Shown in pieces: positions 1 to 11,462 of a stretch of 64,000 bases of DNA; the first letter of the stretch is position 1; each line of letters begins with the position of its first letter. The DNA is from Candidatus Krumholzibacteriia bacterium (GTDB lineage: Bacteria > Krumholzibacteriota > Krumholzibacteriia > LZORAL124-64-63): positions 1-64,000 of the forward strand of contig JAWOID010000053.1 of assembly GCA_046484865.1 (NCBI GenBank). Reading direction: 5' to 3'. The translations under genes and the position numbers were made by a program. The notes under the pieces were generated by a model. It had not been told where the DNA came from, ran no database searches, and saw only the letters and a list, made by a program, of their open reading frames with translations.

Positions 1-80
1 TAAACAGAAAGAATGAGCTCAAAGTTGTCGTTCATGCGTGGGATTGGCCACATCCCTGGTTTTCCTGTATTGCTTACGGT

Positions 81-1592
81 GTGTTCCAGTGCTGGGCGCT
101 CGTGGGCGGCGGCCCGGACAAGATCGCCCGCATCCACGCCAAGGGTCGGCTCACCGCCCGCGAGCGCATCCACCTGCTGCTTGACGAGGGCACCTTCGCC
201 GAGACCGGCGTCTTCGTCACCCACCGCCAGATCGGCATGGAGGACAACAAGCCGGTGGGCGACGGCATCATCACCGGCGTGGGCCGCATCGACGGCCGGC
301 AGGTGTACGTGTTCGCGCAGGACTTCACGGTTTTCGGCGGTTCGATGAGCGAGTCGAACGCACTGAAGATCTGCCGGATCATGGACCAGGCGCTGGAGAA
401 CGGCTGCCCGGTGATCGGGCTGAACGACTCCGGCGGCGCGCGGATCCAGGAGGGGGTGAAGTCGCTGGCGGGCTACGCCGAGATCTTCTGGCGCAACACC
501 ATGGCGTCGGGCGTGGTGCCGCAGATCAGCGCCGTCATGGGCCCGTGCGCCGGGGGGGCGGTCTACTCCCCCGCCATCACCGACTTCACGCTGATGGTGG
601 ACCAGACGAGCTACATGTTCGTTACCGGACCGAACGTCATCAAGATGGTGACCGGCGAGGACGTCACCTTCGAGGAGCTGGGCGGTGCCGACACCCACTC
701 CACCCGCAGCGGCGTGGCCCACTTCATGGCCGCCAGCGATCAGGACTGCCTGCTCATGGTGCGCCGGCTGCTCAGCTTCCTCCCCCAGAACAACCTCGAG
801 GATCCGCCGCGCCGGCCCACCCACGACGATCCGACCCGTCGCGAGGAGCGGCTGAATTCCCTCGTGCCCGACGACCCCAGGAAACCGTACGACATGCTGG
901 ACGTCATCCGGCTGGTGGTGGACGAGGGCGACGTCATGGAGGTGCAGCCGCGCCACGCGCCCAACATCATCTGCGGATTCGCGCGCCTGGACGGGCAGCC
1001 GGTGGGGATCGTCGCCAACCAGCCCCGCCACCAGGCGGGCGTGCTGGACATCCTCTCCAGCCAGAAGGGCGCCCGCTTCGTGCGCACCTGCGATTGCTTC
1101 AACGTGCCGCTGGTGGTCTTCGAGGACGTCCCGGGGTTCCTCCCCGGCACCGACCAGGAATTCGGCGGGATCATCAAGCATGGCGCCAAGCTGCTGTTCG
1201 CCTTCTGCGAGGCCACCGTGCCCAAGCTCACCGTGATCACGCGCAAGGCGTACGGGGGCGCTTACGACGTGATGAACAGCAAGCACATCCGCGCCGACTA
1301 CAACGTGGCGTGGCCGCAGGCGGAACTCGCGGTCATGGGCCCCGAGGGTGCGGTGAACATCCTGTACCGCCAGCGTCTGACCGCGGCGGAGGACCCCGCG
1401 GCGGAGCGGCAGCGGCTGGTGCAGGAATACAACGAGACCTACGCCAACCCGTTCATCGCCGCGGGTCTCGGCTACCTGGACGACGTGATCGAGCCGGCGG
1501 CCACGCGCCGCCATCTCATCCAGGCGCTCGGCAACCTGCGCAACAAGAAGCAGGTGCTGCCGCCCAAGAAGCACGGCAACATCCCGCTCTAG
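81..1592 (+). CDS. pccB: Acyl-CoA (propionyl-CoA) carboxylase, carboxyltransferase beta subunit; true N-terminus apparently missing
   Basis: Motifs [56 protein letters not shown] and C-terminal KKHGNIPL. Homology begins abruptly near nt 96 (ALVGGG); upstream bases are lower-GC and give no RBS. Confidence 0.9.
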   Translation: MFQCWALVGGGPDKIARIHAKGRLTARERIHLLLDEGTFAETGVFVTHRQIGMEDNKPVGDGIITGVGRIDGRQVYVFAQDFTVFGGSMSESNALKICRIMDQALENGCPVIGLNDSGGARIQEGVKSLAGYAEIFWRNTMASGVVPQISAVMGPCAGGAVYSPAITDFTLMVDQTSYMFVTGPNVIKMVTGEDVTFEELGGADTHSTRSGVAHFMAASDQDCLLMVRRLLSFLPQNNLEDPPRRPTHDDPTRREERLNSLVPDDPRKPYDMLDVIRLVVDEGDVMEVQPRHAPNIICGFARLDGQPVGIVANQPRHQAGVLDILSSQKGARFVRTCDCFNVPLVVFEDVPGFLPGTDQEFGGIIKHGAKLLFAFCEATVPKLTVITRKAYGGAYDVMNSKHIRADYNVAWPQAELAVMGPEGAVNILYRQRLTAAEDPAAERQRLVQEYNETYANPFIAAGLGYLDDVIEPAATRRHLIQALGNLRNKKQVLPPKKHGNIPL

Positions 1593-1665
1593 CCGCGCCC
1601 GCACCGGACCGCGGACCGCACCGGTCCACCGGTACGGCGCAGCGCGGGCGAGCACGAGGAGGCCC

Positions 1666-3219
<1,554 letters not shown>

Positions 3220-3256
3220 TCCAGCCGCCCGCCGCGGCGGGCCCGGAGGACGTGCC

Positions 3257-3790
3257 ATGTGGATGAAGAAGCGCTACATCCTGCGGTGGAACGGCGAGCA
3301 GCGGGTGGCCACGGTGGCCACCCGGGGCGACGAGACCAGCGTGGGGATGGACGAGGCCGAGCCGCTGGTCGTCGATGCGGTGCCCGTACGCGGCGGCCGT
3401 GCGCTCTCGGTACGGGTGGGCAGCCGCGTCCATCTGGTCCACCTCAGCGGCCGGCAAGGGGGTGACGAGGTGGTGGCCACACTCGCCGGGCGTTCCTGGC
3501 CGCTGAACGTGCTCGACGAGTTGCACGCGCTGGCGCTGGAGAGCCTAGCGGCGGTGGCGGGCAGCGGGACGCTCGTGGCCGATATCCCGGGCGTCGTCGT
3601 CGAGGTCAAGGTGAAGCCGGGGCAGAAGGTCCACCAGGGCGAGCCGATCATCGTGGTGGAGGCCATGAAGATGCAGAACGAGCTGGTCGCCGGCGTGACC
3701 GGCACGGTCACCGAGGTGCCCGTGGAGCCGGGCCAGTCGGTGAACCCGGGCGAGCCGCTGGTGGTGATCGAACCGGAACCGGGCGGGTGA
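3257..3790 (+). CDS. Biotin carboxyl carrier protein (BT-like domain plus biotinyl domain)
   Basis: EAMKMQNE biotinylation motif; ATG at 3257 preceded by GGAGGA; directly follows the biotin carboxylase. Confidence 0.9.
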   Translation: MWMKKRYILRWNGEQRVATVATRGDETSVGMDEAEPLVVDAVPVRGGRALSVRVGSRVHLVHLSGRQGGDEVVATLAGRSWPLNVLDELHALALESLAAVAGSGTLVADIPGVVVEVKVKPGQKVHQGEPIIVVEAMKMQNELVAGVTGTVTEVPVEPGQSVNPGEPLVVIEPEPGG

Positions 3791-3861
3791 CGATCACGTG
3801 ACCATCTGCCGGAACACCTTGCCTGACAATCAATTTCATCGCCGCCAGGAGGTCGTTTGAG

Positions 3862-3890
3862 TTGACGGATGCGATCCCAGGCGGCATTCT
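3862..3890 (+). promoter_or_regulatory. Putative sigma70 promoter of the multiheme cytochrome operon
   Basis: TTGACG-17 bp-CATTCT in an AT-richer intergenic gap, about 50 bp before the ATG at 3943. Confidence 0.55.
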
Positions 3891-3942
3891 TCTGCTTAGC
3901 TGCGCATCCGTGATACGCTGATCGCGAACCGAGGCAGGTGAC

Positions 3943-6843
3943 ATGCCCCGTGGCCGAGCCGCCGGTGACGCCGGCGCCCTCCCGCCCGCTTCATCTTCTC
4001 CGTTCCGTCGCCGGTCGCCGCACGCCCCCTGCTGCGCGCACCGCCGCGACGGACGCCGGCAGCAGATCGCACGGGCCATGATCGGCCTGCTGCTCCTGCT
4101 GCTCGGCGCCCCCGGCCGGCCGGCGGCCCAGAGCACGGCCGACTGCTTCGACTGCCACGACGACCCTGGGCTCGTCACGATCCGGAACGGCGAGGAGATC
4201 TCCCTGCAGGTCGGCGAGGCGATGTTCCGGAGCTCGATCCACGGACAGCAAGGCCTCGAATGCATCGACTGCCATGCCGACATCGACGAGCTGCCGCACG
4301 CGTCGGAGCTGGAGCCGCCGCTGCACTGCGACAATTGCCATGACGAGGTGGCGGAGGTCTATTCCCACAGCCTGCACGGGGAACTGGTGGCTGCCGGCGC
4401 CGATCTGGCGCCGCGCTGCTGGGACTGCCACACCGCGCATGAGATCCTGCCGCCGGAGAACCCCGACTCGCAGGTGAATCGCTTCAACATCCCCTTCATG
4501 TGCGGCCGCTGCCACAAGGAGGGGACGCCGGTCACCGAGTTCTACGACATCCCCCAGGACAGCATCCTGACCCACTACTCCCTCTCCATGCACGGCGAGG
4601 GGTTGTACAAGCGCGGCCTCACCATCTCGGCCATCTGCTCCGACTGCCATACCGCTCACAGCGTGCTTCCCAGCACCGACCCCCGCTCCACCATCCACGG
4701 CGACAACGTGGCGGCGACCTGCCAGATGTGCCACGGCCGGATCGAGGAGGTGCACACCCGGGTCATCGAGGGGCGGCTCTGGGAGGAGCAGCCGGGATCC
4801 GTGCCCGTCTGCGTGGAATGCCACGAGCCGCACGAGGTGCGGCGGGTCTTCTACGAGACCGGCATGTCCAACCGCGAGTGCATGGAGTGCCACGGCAAGC
4901 CGGACCTGTTCGCCGTCCAGGACGGCGACACCGTCTCCATGTTCGTGGACATGCCCGAGCTGCTGGGTTCCACCCACAACCGCACCACCTGCGTGCAGTG
5001 CCACGTGGACATCACGGTCGAGCATTCCCGCGAGGGGACGCCCATCGAGGAGAAGGTGAACTGCGCTGTCTGCCACGCCGAGCAGGTGGCGCTCCACAGC
5101 ACCGGCATGCACGGCATGCTGCAGGCCCAGGGCGATCCGGCCGCGCCCGAATGCGTCACCTGCCACGGCTCCCACGGGACGCTCCCCCGCTCCGACCGCT
5201 CGAGCCCCATCCACGTGCGCAACGTGCCGGATCTCTGTGGCCGCTGCCACGGTCCCGGCGGCGTGGCCGACCAGCGGCACCCCGAGACCGGCACGAACAT
5301 GGTGGAGAACTTCAAGGAGAGCATCCACGGCCGCGGTCTCACCGGGGCCGGGCTGGTGGTGAGCGCCACCTGCACCCACTGTCACAGCGCCCACCAGGTG
5401 CTGCCGCCGACCGACCCTCGCTCATCCATCAGTCGCCAGAACATCGTGGAGACCTGCACCGCATGCCACGAGGGGATCTTCGAGGAGTTCGCCGGCAGCA
5501 TCCATGACCGGGGCGAACCCAGAGGCGGCCATCCGCTGCCCATGTGCGACGATTGCCACAGCTCCCACGAGATCGTCCGCACCGACGCCCAGGGGTTCGT
5601 GCGCGAGATCGTCAGCACCTGCGGCAAGTGTCATCCCGAGGACACCGAATCGTACTTCCAGACCTATCACGGCAAGGTGTTCAAGCTGGGCTACACCGAG
5701 ACTGCCAAGTGTCAGGACTGCCACGGCGCCCACACCATCCTGCCGCCGGAGAACCTCGACTCCTCCCTCTCGCGCGAGAACATCGTGGCGACCTGCGCCC
5801 AGTGCCATCCCGGAGCGCACCGCCAGTTCGCCGGCTACCTGACCCACGCCACCCACCATGACCGCAACAAGTACCCGTTCATCTACTGGACGTGGCTCTT
5901 CATGACGTCACTGCTGGTGGGGACGTTCACCTTCTTCGGCATTCACACCCTGCTCTGGCTGCCGCGCAGCTTCCAGGCGCTGAAGCACTCGCGCCAGCTG
6001 CGGGCGCAGGCCGCCGGGCAGCCGCAGTTCCTGCGCTTCCCGAAGCTCTACCGCCAGCTGCACATCCTGGTGATCATCAGCTTCCTGACGCTCGCGGTCA
6101 CGGGCATGACGCTGAAGTTCTCGTACCTGCCGTGGGCGCGCTGGATCGCCGAGGCGCTGGGCGGCTTCCAGGGCGCGGGCACCCTGCACCGGCTGGCCGC
6201 CATCGTCACCTTCTATTACTTCGCCCGTCACATCATCGACCTGGTGTACCGCAAGCGGAAGACCGGGAAGTCGTGGCGCGAGTTCATCACCGGACCGGAC
6301 GGGATGATGTTCAACGCGCGCGACGGCCAGGAACTGGTGGCCACCTTCAGGTGGTTCATCGGCATGGGTCCGCGCCCGGCGTATGGCCGCTGGACCTACT
6401 GGGAGAAGTTCGACTACTTCGCGGTGTTCTGGGGCGTGGGCATGATCGGCTTCAGCGGCCTCATCCTCTGGTTCCCCGAGCTGTTCACGTACGTGATGCC
6501 CGGCTGGTTCATCAACATCGCCACCATCATCCACTCGGACGAGGCGCTGCTGGCCACCGGATTCATCTTCACGGTTCATTTCTTCAACACCCACTTCCGG
6601 CCCGACCGCTTCCCCATGGACCCGGTGATCTTCACCGGCCGCGTCACGGTGGAGGAGTTGAAGGAAGATCGACCCCGCGAGTACGCGAAACTGGTGGAGA
6701 CGGGCGAACTGCAGCGGGGACTGGTCGAGCCGATGGGCGAGAGCATGGCCAAAGCACTGAAGGTCTTCGGCTTCGTGGCCCTGACCATCGGTCTGAGTCT
6801 CGTCTTGCTCATCATCGTCGCGGAACTGTTCGGGTACCGGTAG
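3943..6843 (+). CDS. Multiheme cytochrome c (19 CxxCH) fused to a C-terminal membrane cytochrome b domain; CbcL-like quinol:cytochrome c oxidoreductase
   Basis: 19 CxxCH motifs counted. Hydrophobic signal segment (IGLLLLLLG). C-terminal TM domain has candidate heme-b His ligands (QLHILV, TLHRLAA, IIHSDEALLA, TVHFFNTH) and YWEKFDYFAVFWG. The start could alternatively be the ATG at 4078. Confidence 0.9.
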   Translation: MPRGRAAGDAGALPPASSSPFRRRSPHAPCCAHRRDGRRQQIARAMIGLLLLLLGAPGRPAAQSTADCFDCHDDPGLVTIRNGEEISLQVGEAMFRSSIHGQQGLECIDCHADIDELPHASELEPPLHCDNCHDEVAEVYSHSLHGELVAAGADLAPRCWDCHTAHEILPPENPDSQVNRFNIPFMCGRCHKEGTPVTEFYDIPQDSILTHYSLSMHGEGLYKRGLTISAICSDCHTAHSVLPSTDPRSTIHGDNVAATCQMCHGRIEEVHTRVIEGRLWEEQPGSVPVCVECHEPHEVRRVFYETGMSNRECMECHGKPDLFAVQDGDTVSMFVDMPELLGSTHNRTTCVQCHVDITVEHSREGTPIEEKVNCAVCHAEQVALHSTGMHGMLQAQGDPAAPECVTCHGSHGTLPRSDRSSPIHVRNVPDLCGRCHGPGGVADQRHPETGTNMVENFKESIHGRGLTGAGLVVSATCTHCHSAHQVLPPTDPRSSISRQNIVETCTACHEGIFEEFAGSIHDRGEPRGGHPLPMCDDCHSSHEIVRTDAQGFVREIVSTCGKCHPEDTESYFQTYHGKVFKLGYTETAKCQDCHGAHTILPPENLDSSLSRENIVATCAQCHPGAHRQFAGYLTHATHHDRNKYPFIYWTWLFMTSLLVGTFTFFGIHTLLWLPRSFQALKHSRQLRAQAAGQPQFLRFPKLYRQLHILVIISFLTLAVTGMTLKFSYLPWARWIAEALGGFQGAGTLHRLAAIVTFYYFARHIIDLVYRKRKTGKSWREFITGPDGMMFNARDGQELVATFRWFIGMGPRPAYGRWTYWEKFDYFAVFWGVGMIGFSGLILWFPELFTYVMPGWFINIATIIHSDEALLATGFIFTVHFFNTHFRPDRFPMDPVIFTGRVTVEELKEDRPREYAKLVETGELQRGLVEPMGESMAKALKVFGFVALTIGLSLVLLIIVAELFGYR

Positions 6844-6857
6844 ACCGGGAGGCGACC

Positions 6858-8402
6858 ATGGAACGCAGGCACGATTCGCAGCTGATCCGGACCGCAGGCG
6901 CCATCCTGTTCACCCTGACGGCGTCGTTCATCGCGCCGGGGCCGGGCGCGGCCGTCGCCGCCGACGAAGCCGTGGAGGCGAGCTACTGGTACGTGGTCGA
7001 CCACCTCGAGGTGGACGCACCCGGCCCCGACGCTCCCCCGGCCCGTCCCCGCGGCGGTGAGGTGGAACTCTGGCTGGCCCTGCCACCGGATCGGGACGAC
7101 CAGGAGGTGGTGATCGAGTCCATCTCCCCCGAGCCGACGCGGGTCCTCACCGACGACGGCAGCGGCCTCCAGGTGGCGCACTGGCGCTTGCCGGTGGCGG
7201 CCGGCACGGAACGGCTCTTCTTCCGGATCGACTTCGCCGTGACGCCTCACCCGGCGCGCCCGCAACTGTCCGCCGCCGAGGTGACTCCGTACGACACCAC
7301 GTCGGCCACCTGGCGCCGGTACACCCGCAGCGAGCACCTGCTGGAAACCGGCGGCGAGGTGGGAGCGCAGGCGCGGAGGATCGTCGGTTCCGAACGGAAC
7401 CCCTACCTGCGGGCGCGCGCCGTTTTCGACTGGGTGGTGGAGAACGTGGCGTTCGGGCCGGACGGCCCCGACGAACGCGACGCCGCCGCCGTGCTGGCCG
7501 CCGGTCGCGGCGACTGCGACCAGGTGAGCACCCTCTTCGCGGCGCTCTGTCGCGCCGCCGGCGTTCCCGCGCGCACCGTCCAGTGCACCTGGTTCCAGGG
7601 CGGCAGCCACCGGCATGCCGAGTTCTACCTGGAGGATCACGGCTGGCTGCCCGCCGATCCGGTCCTGGCCCAGGTGGCGAGCGGCGGCAGTGCGATCGAT
7701 CCCGTGGACGCCCGCGGCTTCCTGCAGAGCCGCGGCATCCCCGCCGACGATCCGGGCTGGCTTTTCGGCAACGGCTTCGACGGGCACCTGCACGTGTCGG
7801 CCGGCCAGAACCTCCGCCTGGTGGCCGAAGACGGCACCACGGCGGAGTTCACCTGGCTGGCTCCCGGCGGCAACCAGGCGGAGCCATCCGCCTTCCGGGC
7901 CCGCGGCGTGGGCGACGCGATGGTCCACGGCGGCTTCTACGTGTTCGGCCGGCGCCTGCCGGACGAGAGCGTCGCCCTCAGCGAGGCGTACCAGCAGCTG
8001 GCGACCGCCTACTTCTCGGCCGGCGATTACGAGGAGGTGGAAGCCACCTGCCTGGGTCGGGTGCGCCGCGGCGGCGACGCCTTCATGACCTGGATGAACC
8101 TGGGCCGCGTCTACCTGGCCAAGGGCGCCTACTACCGTGCCGAGTCGGCCTTCCAGCGCGCCCTGACCAGCCCGGCGGTCGAGGCCCCCCACGAGACCGA
8201 GGCGGTGATCTGGACCCGCGCATTCCTGGGACACTGCTACGACCTGTTGGGCAAGCGCGACATGGCCCTGCGAGAGTACCGGCACGTGGTGGAGCAGGGC
8301 GCCGACGCCGGGGGCGCCGTGGCCTATGCCCGCCGCTGGATCAACGCGCCGTTCACGCCGGAGGACCGGCTGGCGGGCGCCACCGGTTCGGACAGTTTCT
8401 AG
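6858..8402 (+). CDS. Secreted transglutaminase-like (Cys-His-Asp) protein with C-terminal TPR repeats
   Basis: Signal peptide; GDCDQVSTLFAALCRAAGVPAR, HRHAEFY and GWLPADP triad motifs; TPR-like helices (NLGRVYLAKG..AESAFQRAL, LGHCYDLLGK..ALREY); RBS GGAGG. Confidence 0.8.
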   Translation: MERRHDSQLIRTAGAILFTLTASFIAPGPGAAVAADEAVEASYWYVVDHLEVDAPGPDAPPARPRGGEVELWLALPPDRDDQEVVIESISPEPTRVLTDDGSGLQVAHWRLPVAAGTERLFFRIDFAVTPHPARPQLSAAEVTPYDTTSATWRRYTRSEHLLETGGEVGAQARRIVGSERNPYLRARAVFDWVVENVAFGPDGPDERDAAAVLAAGRGDCDQVSTLFAALCRAAGVPARTVQCTWFQGGSHRHAEFYLEDHGWLPADPVLAQVASGGSAIDPVDARGFLQSRGIPADDPGWLFGNGFDGHLHVSAGQNLRLVAEDGTTAEFTWLAPGGNQAEPSAFRARGVGDAMVHGGFYVFGRRLPDESVALSEAYQQLATAYFSAGDYEEVEATCLGRVRRGGDAFMTWMNLGRVYLAKGAYYRAESAFQRALTSPAVEAPHETEAVIWTRAFLGHCYDLLGKRDMALREYRHVVEQGADAGGAVAYARRWINAPFTPEDRLAGATGSDSF

Positions 8403-8482
8403 CGCTGGGCCGCCGGTCAACGCCGCCGGGTGGCGGCGCGCATCGGCGGGCGCCCGCCGGCGAGGCGTCGGTTGCGAGCACC

Positions 8483-10099
8483 TCAGATGAACCGCTTCAC
8501 CTGTGGCCAGGTCTCGGCGAGCGGACGGTGCGGGCCCCGGGCGACGAAGATATTCACCCGGCTCTCCCCCGGGACCGCCCACGGATGCATGTGGACCCGC
8601 GCCAGCTCGACGTCCTCGAACAGTTGCGCGTAGTCCTCACGCTCGCCTCCCACGAGGACCAGGGTCTCGGAATCGGCATCGATCCGGCTCCACAGCCAGT
8701 ACGAGTTGTGGCCCGAGATCGCCGGCGGAAGCCCCAGACGGCGGCCGAGGACGTCGACCGCGCCCGCACGGCCGTAGTTGGTTGCATACACGCTGGTCCG
8801 CTCCCGCTCGCCCTCCGGAAGCTCCCGGTAGACGGCGGCCACGCTCCGGGCCAGTTCCTCCCAGCCGTTCATGTCGCCAAGGTGCTGGGGCAGCGAGCCC
8901 GCCTGCACGCGCTCCCCGGAGGACGGGACGATCCCGAGTCGCGCGAGGTATCGCATCGTCTGTTCCTGCGGCAGCACGGGCACGGCCACCGGGACCATCA
9001 ACGCCCCGAATCCGACCTGCATCGCGAGCGCGACGGCCGGCAGGGCCCACCAGGCTCGCCTCCAGCGCGAGCGCACCAGCGCCTCCAGGGCGACACCGCC
9101 CACGGCGAATCCCCCCATGAGGGCCGCGAGCAGGTAGTACGGCTTCGCGTACGGATCGGCGGTCAGGTAGGCGGCCACCAACAGCACGATCCATGCGTTC
9201 ACCGCGAGGGGCGTGTGGCGACGGCGGAGCGCGGCGTGCGCGGCGCCGGCCAGCGCCAGGATCAGCGACACCGGTCCGATCAGCTGCAGCTGGGCCGCCC
9301 AGAACCCGGCCGGCGAGAGCGGGGCGATCTTGTGCGCGCGCGCGTTCGCGACGAACTCGAGCGTGGGCCAGCCGTGGAGCTGCTGCCAGACGACGTGCGG
9401 CGTGAACAGCGCCACCGCGAGCAGCGCCGCCAGCCAGGGGCCCCGGGTCGCGAGCAGCCGGCGCTGCGGCGTCGCGAGCAGCGCGACGAGAATCGCGACG
9501 CCCAGCCAGACCGCGCTGAGCTTGTTCAGCAGCGCGAGCCCGAGCACGAGACCGACGACGAGCCAGTGCCGCGTCGCCGGCCGCTCGAGCGCGCGGGTCA
9601 GCGCGAGCAGGGTCGACGCCCAGAGCAACAGGTCGAGCGCGTTCAGCGAGTAGACGTGGAACAGGAAGAGGGCCACGCTGCACGTGAGCGCCGCAGCGGC
9701 CACGGCCATCGCCCAGCGTCCGCCCCCGAGCTGCCGCGCGAGCAGCGCGAGCACCATCACGGTCGCGCCCCCGAGCAGGGCCGCCGCGATGCGCATCGCC
9801 ACGAGCGACGGTCCGGCCGCCGCCCTCACGAGCGCCAGCAGCGCGATCGAGAGCGGCGGGTGGTCCACGTAGCCCCACGCCAGGTGCTCGGTGGACGCCA
9901 TGGAGTACAGTTCGTCGCGGAACCAGCCCCAGCGCGTGAGCACGAGCAACTCGAGCACCATCAGCGGCACCGCCAGGAGCAGGGCGAAGCGCCAGGACGG
10001 CCGGCCGCGGTCCGGAGGCGACGTCCTCGCTCCCGCGCTCGCCGTCAGAGCATCTCTTCCCGCCGTCGACCTTTCCCCTCGCGGCCGACGCGTGTTCAT
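8483..10099 (-). CDS. GT-C membrane glycosyltransferase (family 39 / ArnT-PMT-like)
   Basis: FRDELY...LAWGYVDHPPL motif, many TM helices and a periplasmic C-terminal domain (NYGRAGA, SGHNSYWLW). Confidence 0.8.
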   Translation of the reverse strand: MNTRRPRGERSTAGRDALTASAGARTSPPDRGRPSWRFALLLAVPLMVLELLVLTRWGWFRDELYSMASTEHLAWGYVDHPPLSIALLALVRAAAGPSLVAMRIAAALLGGATVMVLALLARQLGGGRWAMAVAAAALTCSVALFLFHVYSLNALDLLLWASTLLALTRALERPATRHWLVVGLVLGLALLNKLSAVWLGVAILVALLATPQRRLLATRGPWLAALLAVALFTPHVVWQQLHGWPTLEFVANARAHKIAPLSPAGFWAAQLQLIGPVSLILALAGAAHAALRRRHTPLAVNAWIVLLVAAYLTADPYAKPYYLLAALMGGFAVGGVALEALVRSRWRRAWWALPAVALAMQVGFGALMVPVAVPVLPQEQTMRYLARLGIVPSSGERVQAGSLPQHLGDMNGWEELARSVAAVYRELPEGERERTSVYATNYGRAGAVDVLGRRLGLPPAISGHNSYWLWSRIDADSETLVLVGGEREDYAQLFEDVELARVHMHPWAVPGESRVNIFVARGPHRPLAETWPQVKRFI

Positions 10100-10147
10100 G
10101 AAGCCCCCCATGTCGCTGGCTGCGGGTTTCTGACGATCGCTCAGCAG

Positions 10148-10176
10148 ATCCTAGGCAGGTCCGTCCCGCCGCACAA
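10148..10176 (-). promoter_or_regulatory. Putative sigma70 promoter of the glycosyltransferase gene
   Basis: Minus strand TTGTGC-17 bp-TAGGAT, about 50 bp upstream of the start. Confidence 0.5.
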
Positions 10177-10316
10177 GTGTCGGCGAAATGGGACGACGGG
10201 CGCAACGCTGTTCCCCGCCCGGGACGGCTATGCGAGGTCTCGGGAGGATGGCACAGAACCCGCGACCCCGGGCGGCCTCTGCATGCCCGCGGTCCCCGGC
10301 GTGAGGGCGGGCGTCT

Positions 10317-11447
10317 TCAGACCAGCACGAATCGCGACAGGAACACGCCGGCGGCCACCGCCGAGCCGATCACCCCGGCCACGTTGGGCGCCATCGCGTG
10401 CATGATGAGGAAGTTCTGGGGATCCTCCCGGGCGCCGACCATCTGGCAGACGCGAGCCGAGTCGGGCACCGCCGACACGCCGGCAGCGCCGATGATCGGG
10501 TTGATCTTGTCGCGCAGGAAAAGGTTCATGAGCTTGGCGAAGAGGATGCCTGCCGCCGTGGCGACCATGAACGAGACGGCGCCGAGGCCGAAGATCTTGA
10601 TGGAGTCGGGCGTGAGGAAACGGCTCGCATCCGTGCTCGCACCCACCGTGAAGCCGAGCAGGATCGTGATGATGTCGATGAGGGCGTTGCGCGCGGTCTT
10701 GGCCAGCCGCTCGGTGACGCCGCTCTCCTTGAGGATGTTGCCGAAGAACAGGAAGCCCACCAGCGGGATGGCGCCCGGCGCGATGCTGGTGCAGAGGATG
10801 AACGCCACCACCGGGAAGAGGATGCGGATGCGCTTGCTCACCTGGCGCGACGGCCTCATGCGGATCAACCGCTCCTGGCGCGAGGTGAGCAGCTTGATGA
10901 TGGGTGGCTGGATCACCGGCACCAGGGCCATGTAGCTGTAGGCGGCCACGGCGATGGCACCCAGCAGTTCCGGAGCGAGCTTCGACGAGAGGAAGATGGC
11001 CGTCGGGCCGTCGGCGCCGCCGATGATGGCGATGGCCGCAGCCTGCATCTCGGGGAACCCGAACGCCAGGCTGCCCAGGAAGGTGAGGAAGATCCCCGCC
11101 TGCGCCGCGGCCCCGAGCAGGATCAGCTTGGGGTTGGAGAGCATGCAGGAGAAATCCGTCATGGCGCCGATGCCGAGGAAGATGAGCGGCGGGTACCACC
11201 CCTGGGTGACCCCCGAGTAGAGGATGCTCAGCACGCTCCCCTGCTCGTAGATCCCCACGTTCATGCCGGGGGCCAGGGGGATGTTCCCCACCAGCATGCC
11301 GAAGCCGATCGGCACCAGCAGCAGCGGCTCGTAGTCCTTGCTGATGGCCAGGTAGATGAACAGGCAACCCACGGCCAGCATGCCCATGTTGCCCAGGCTG
11401 AAGTTGCCGACGATGCCCGCCTGGAGGAATTCCCAGAAGATGGCCAT
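10317..11447 (-). CDS. mmdB: Na+-translocating decarboxylase beta subunit (MmdB/OadB/GcdB family)
   Basis: [54 protein letters not shown]. Confidence 0.93.
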   Translation of the reverse strand: MAIFWEFLQAGIVGNFSLGNMGMLAVGCLFIYLAISKDYEPLLLVPIGFGMLVGNIPLAPGMNVGIYEQGSVLSILYSGVTQGWYPPLIFLGIGAMTDFSCMLSNPKLILLGAAAQAGIFLTFLGSLAFGFPEMQAAAIAIIGGADGPTAIFLSSKLAPELLGAIAVAAYSYMALVPVIQPPIIKLLTSRQERLIRMRPSRQVSKRIRILFPVVAFILCTSIAPGAIPLVGFLFFGNILKESGVTERLAKTARNALIDIITILLGFTVGASTDASRFLTPDSIKIFGLGAVSFMVATAAGILFAKLMNLFLRDKINPIIGAAGVSAVPDSARVCQMVGAREDPQNFLIMHAMAPNVAGVIGSAVAAGVFLSRFVLV

Positions 11448-11462
11448 GGGGTCAGGACTCCA

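Noticed and set aside
3819..3833. FNR/Crp-like box TTGCCTGACAATCAA upstream of the cytochrome
   Set aside because: Only the ATCAA half matches and the spacing is one base off the TTGAT-N4-ATCAA consensus.
10249..10263. Sigma54-like TGGCACAGAACCCGC on the + strand
   Set aside because: Poor -12 element, and it points antisense into the 3' end of mmdB with no gene to drive.
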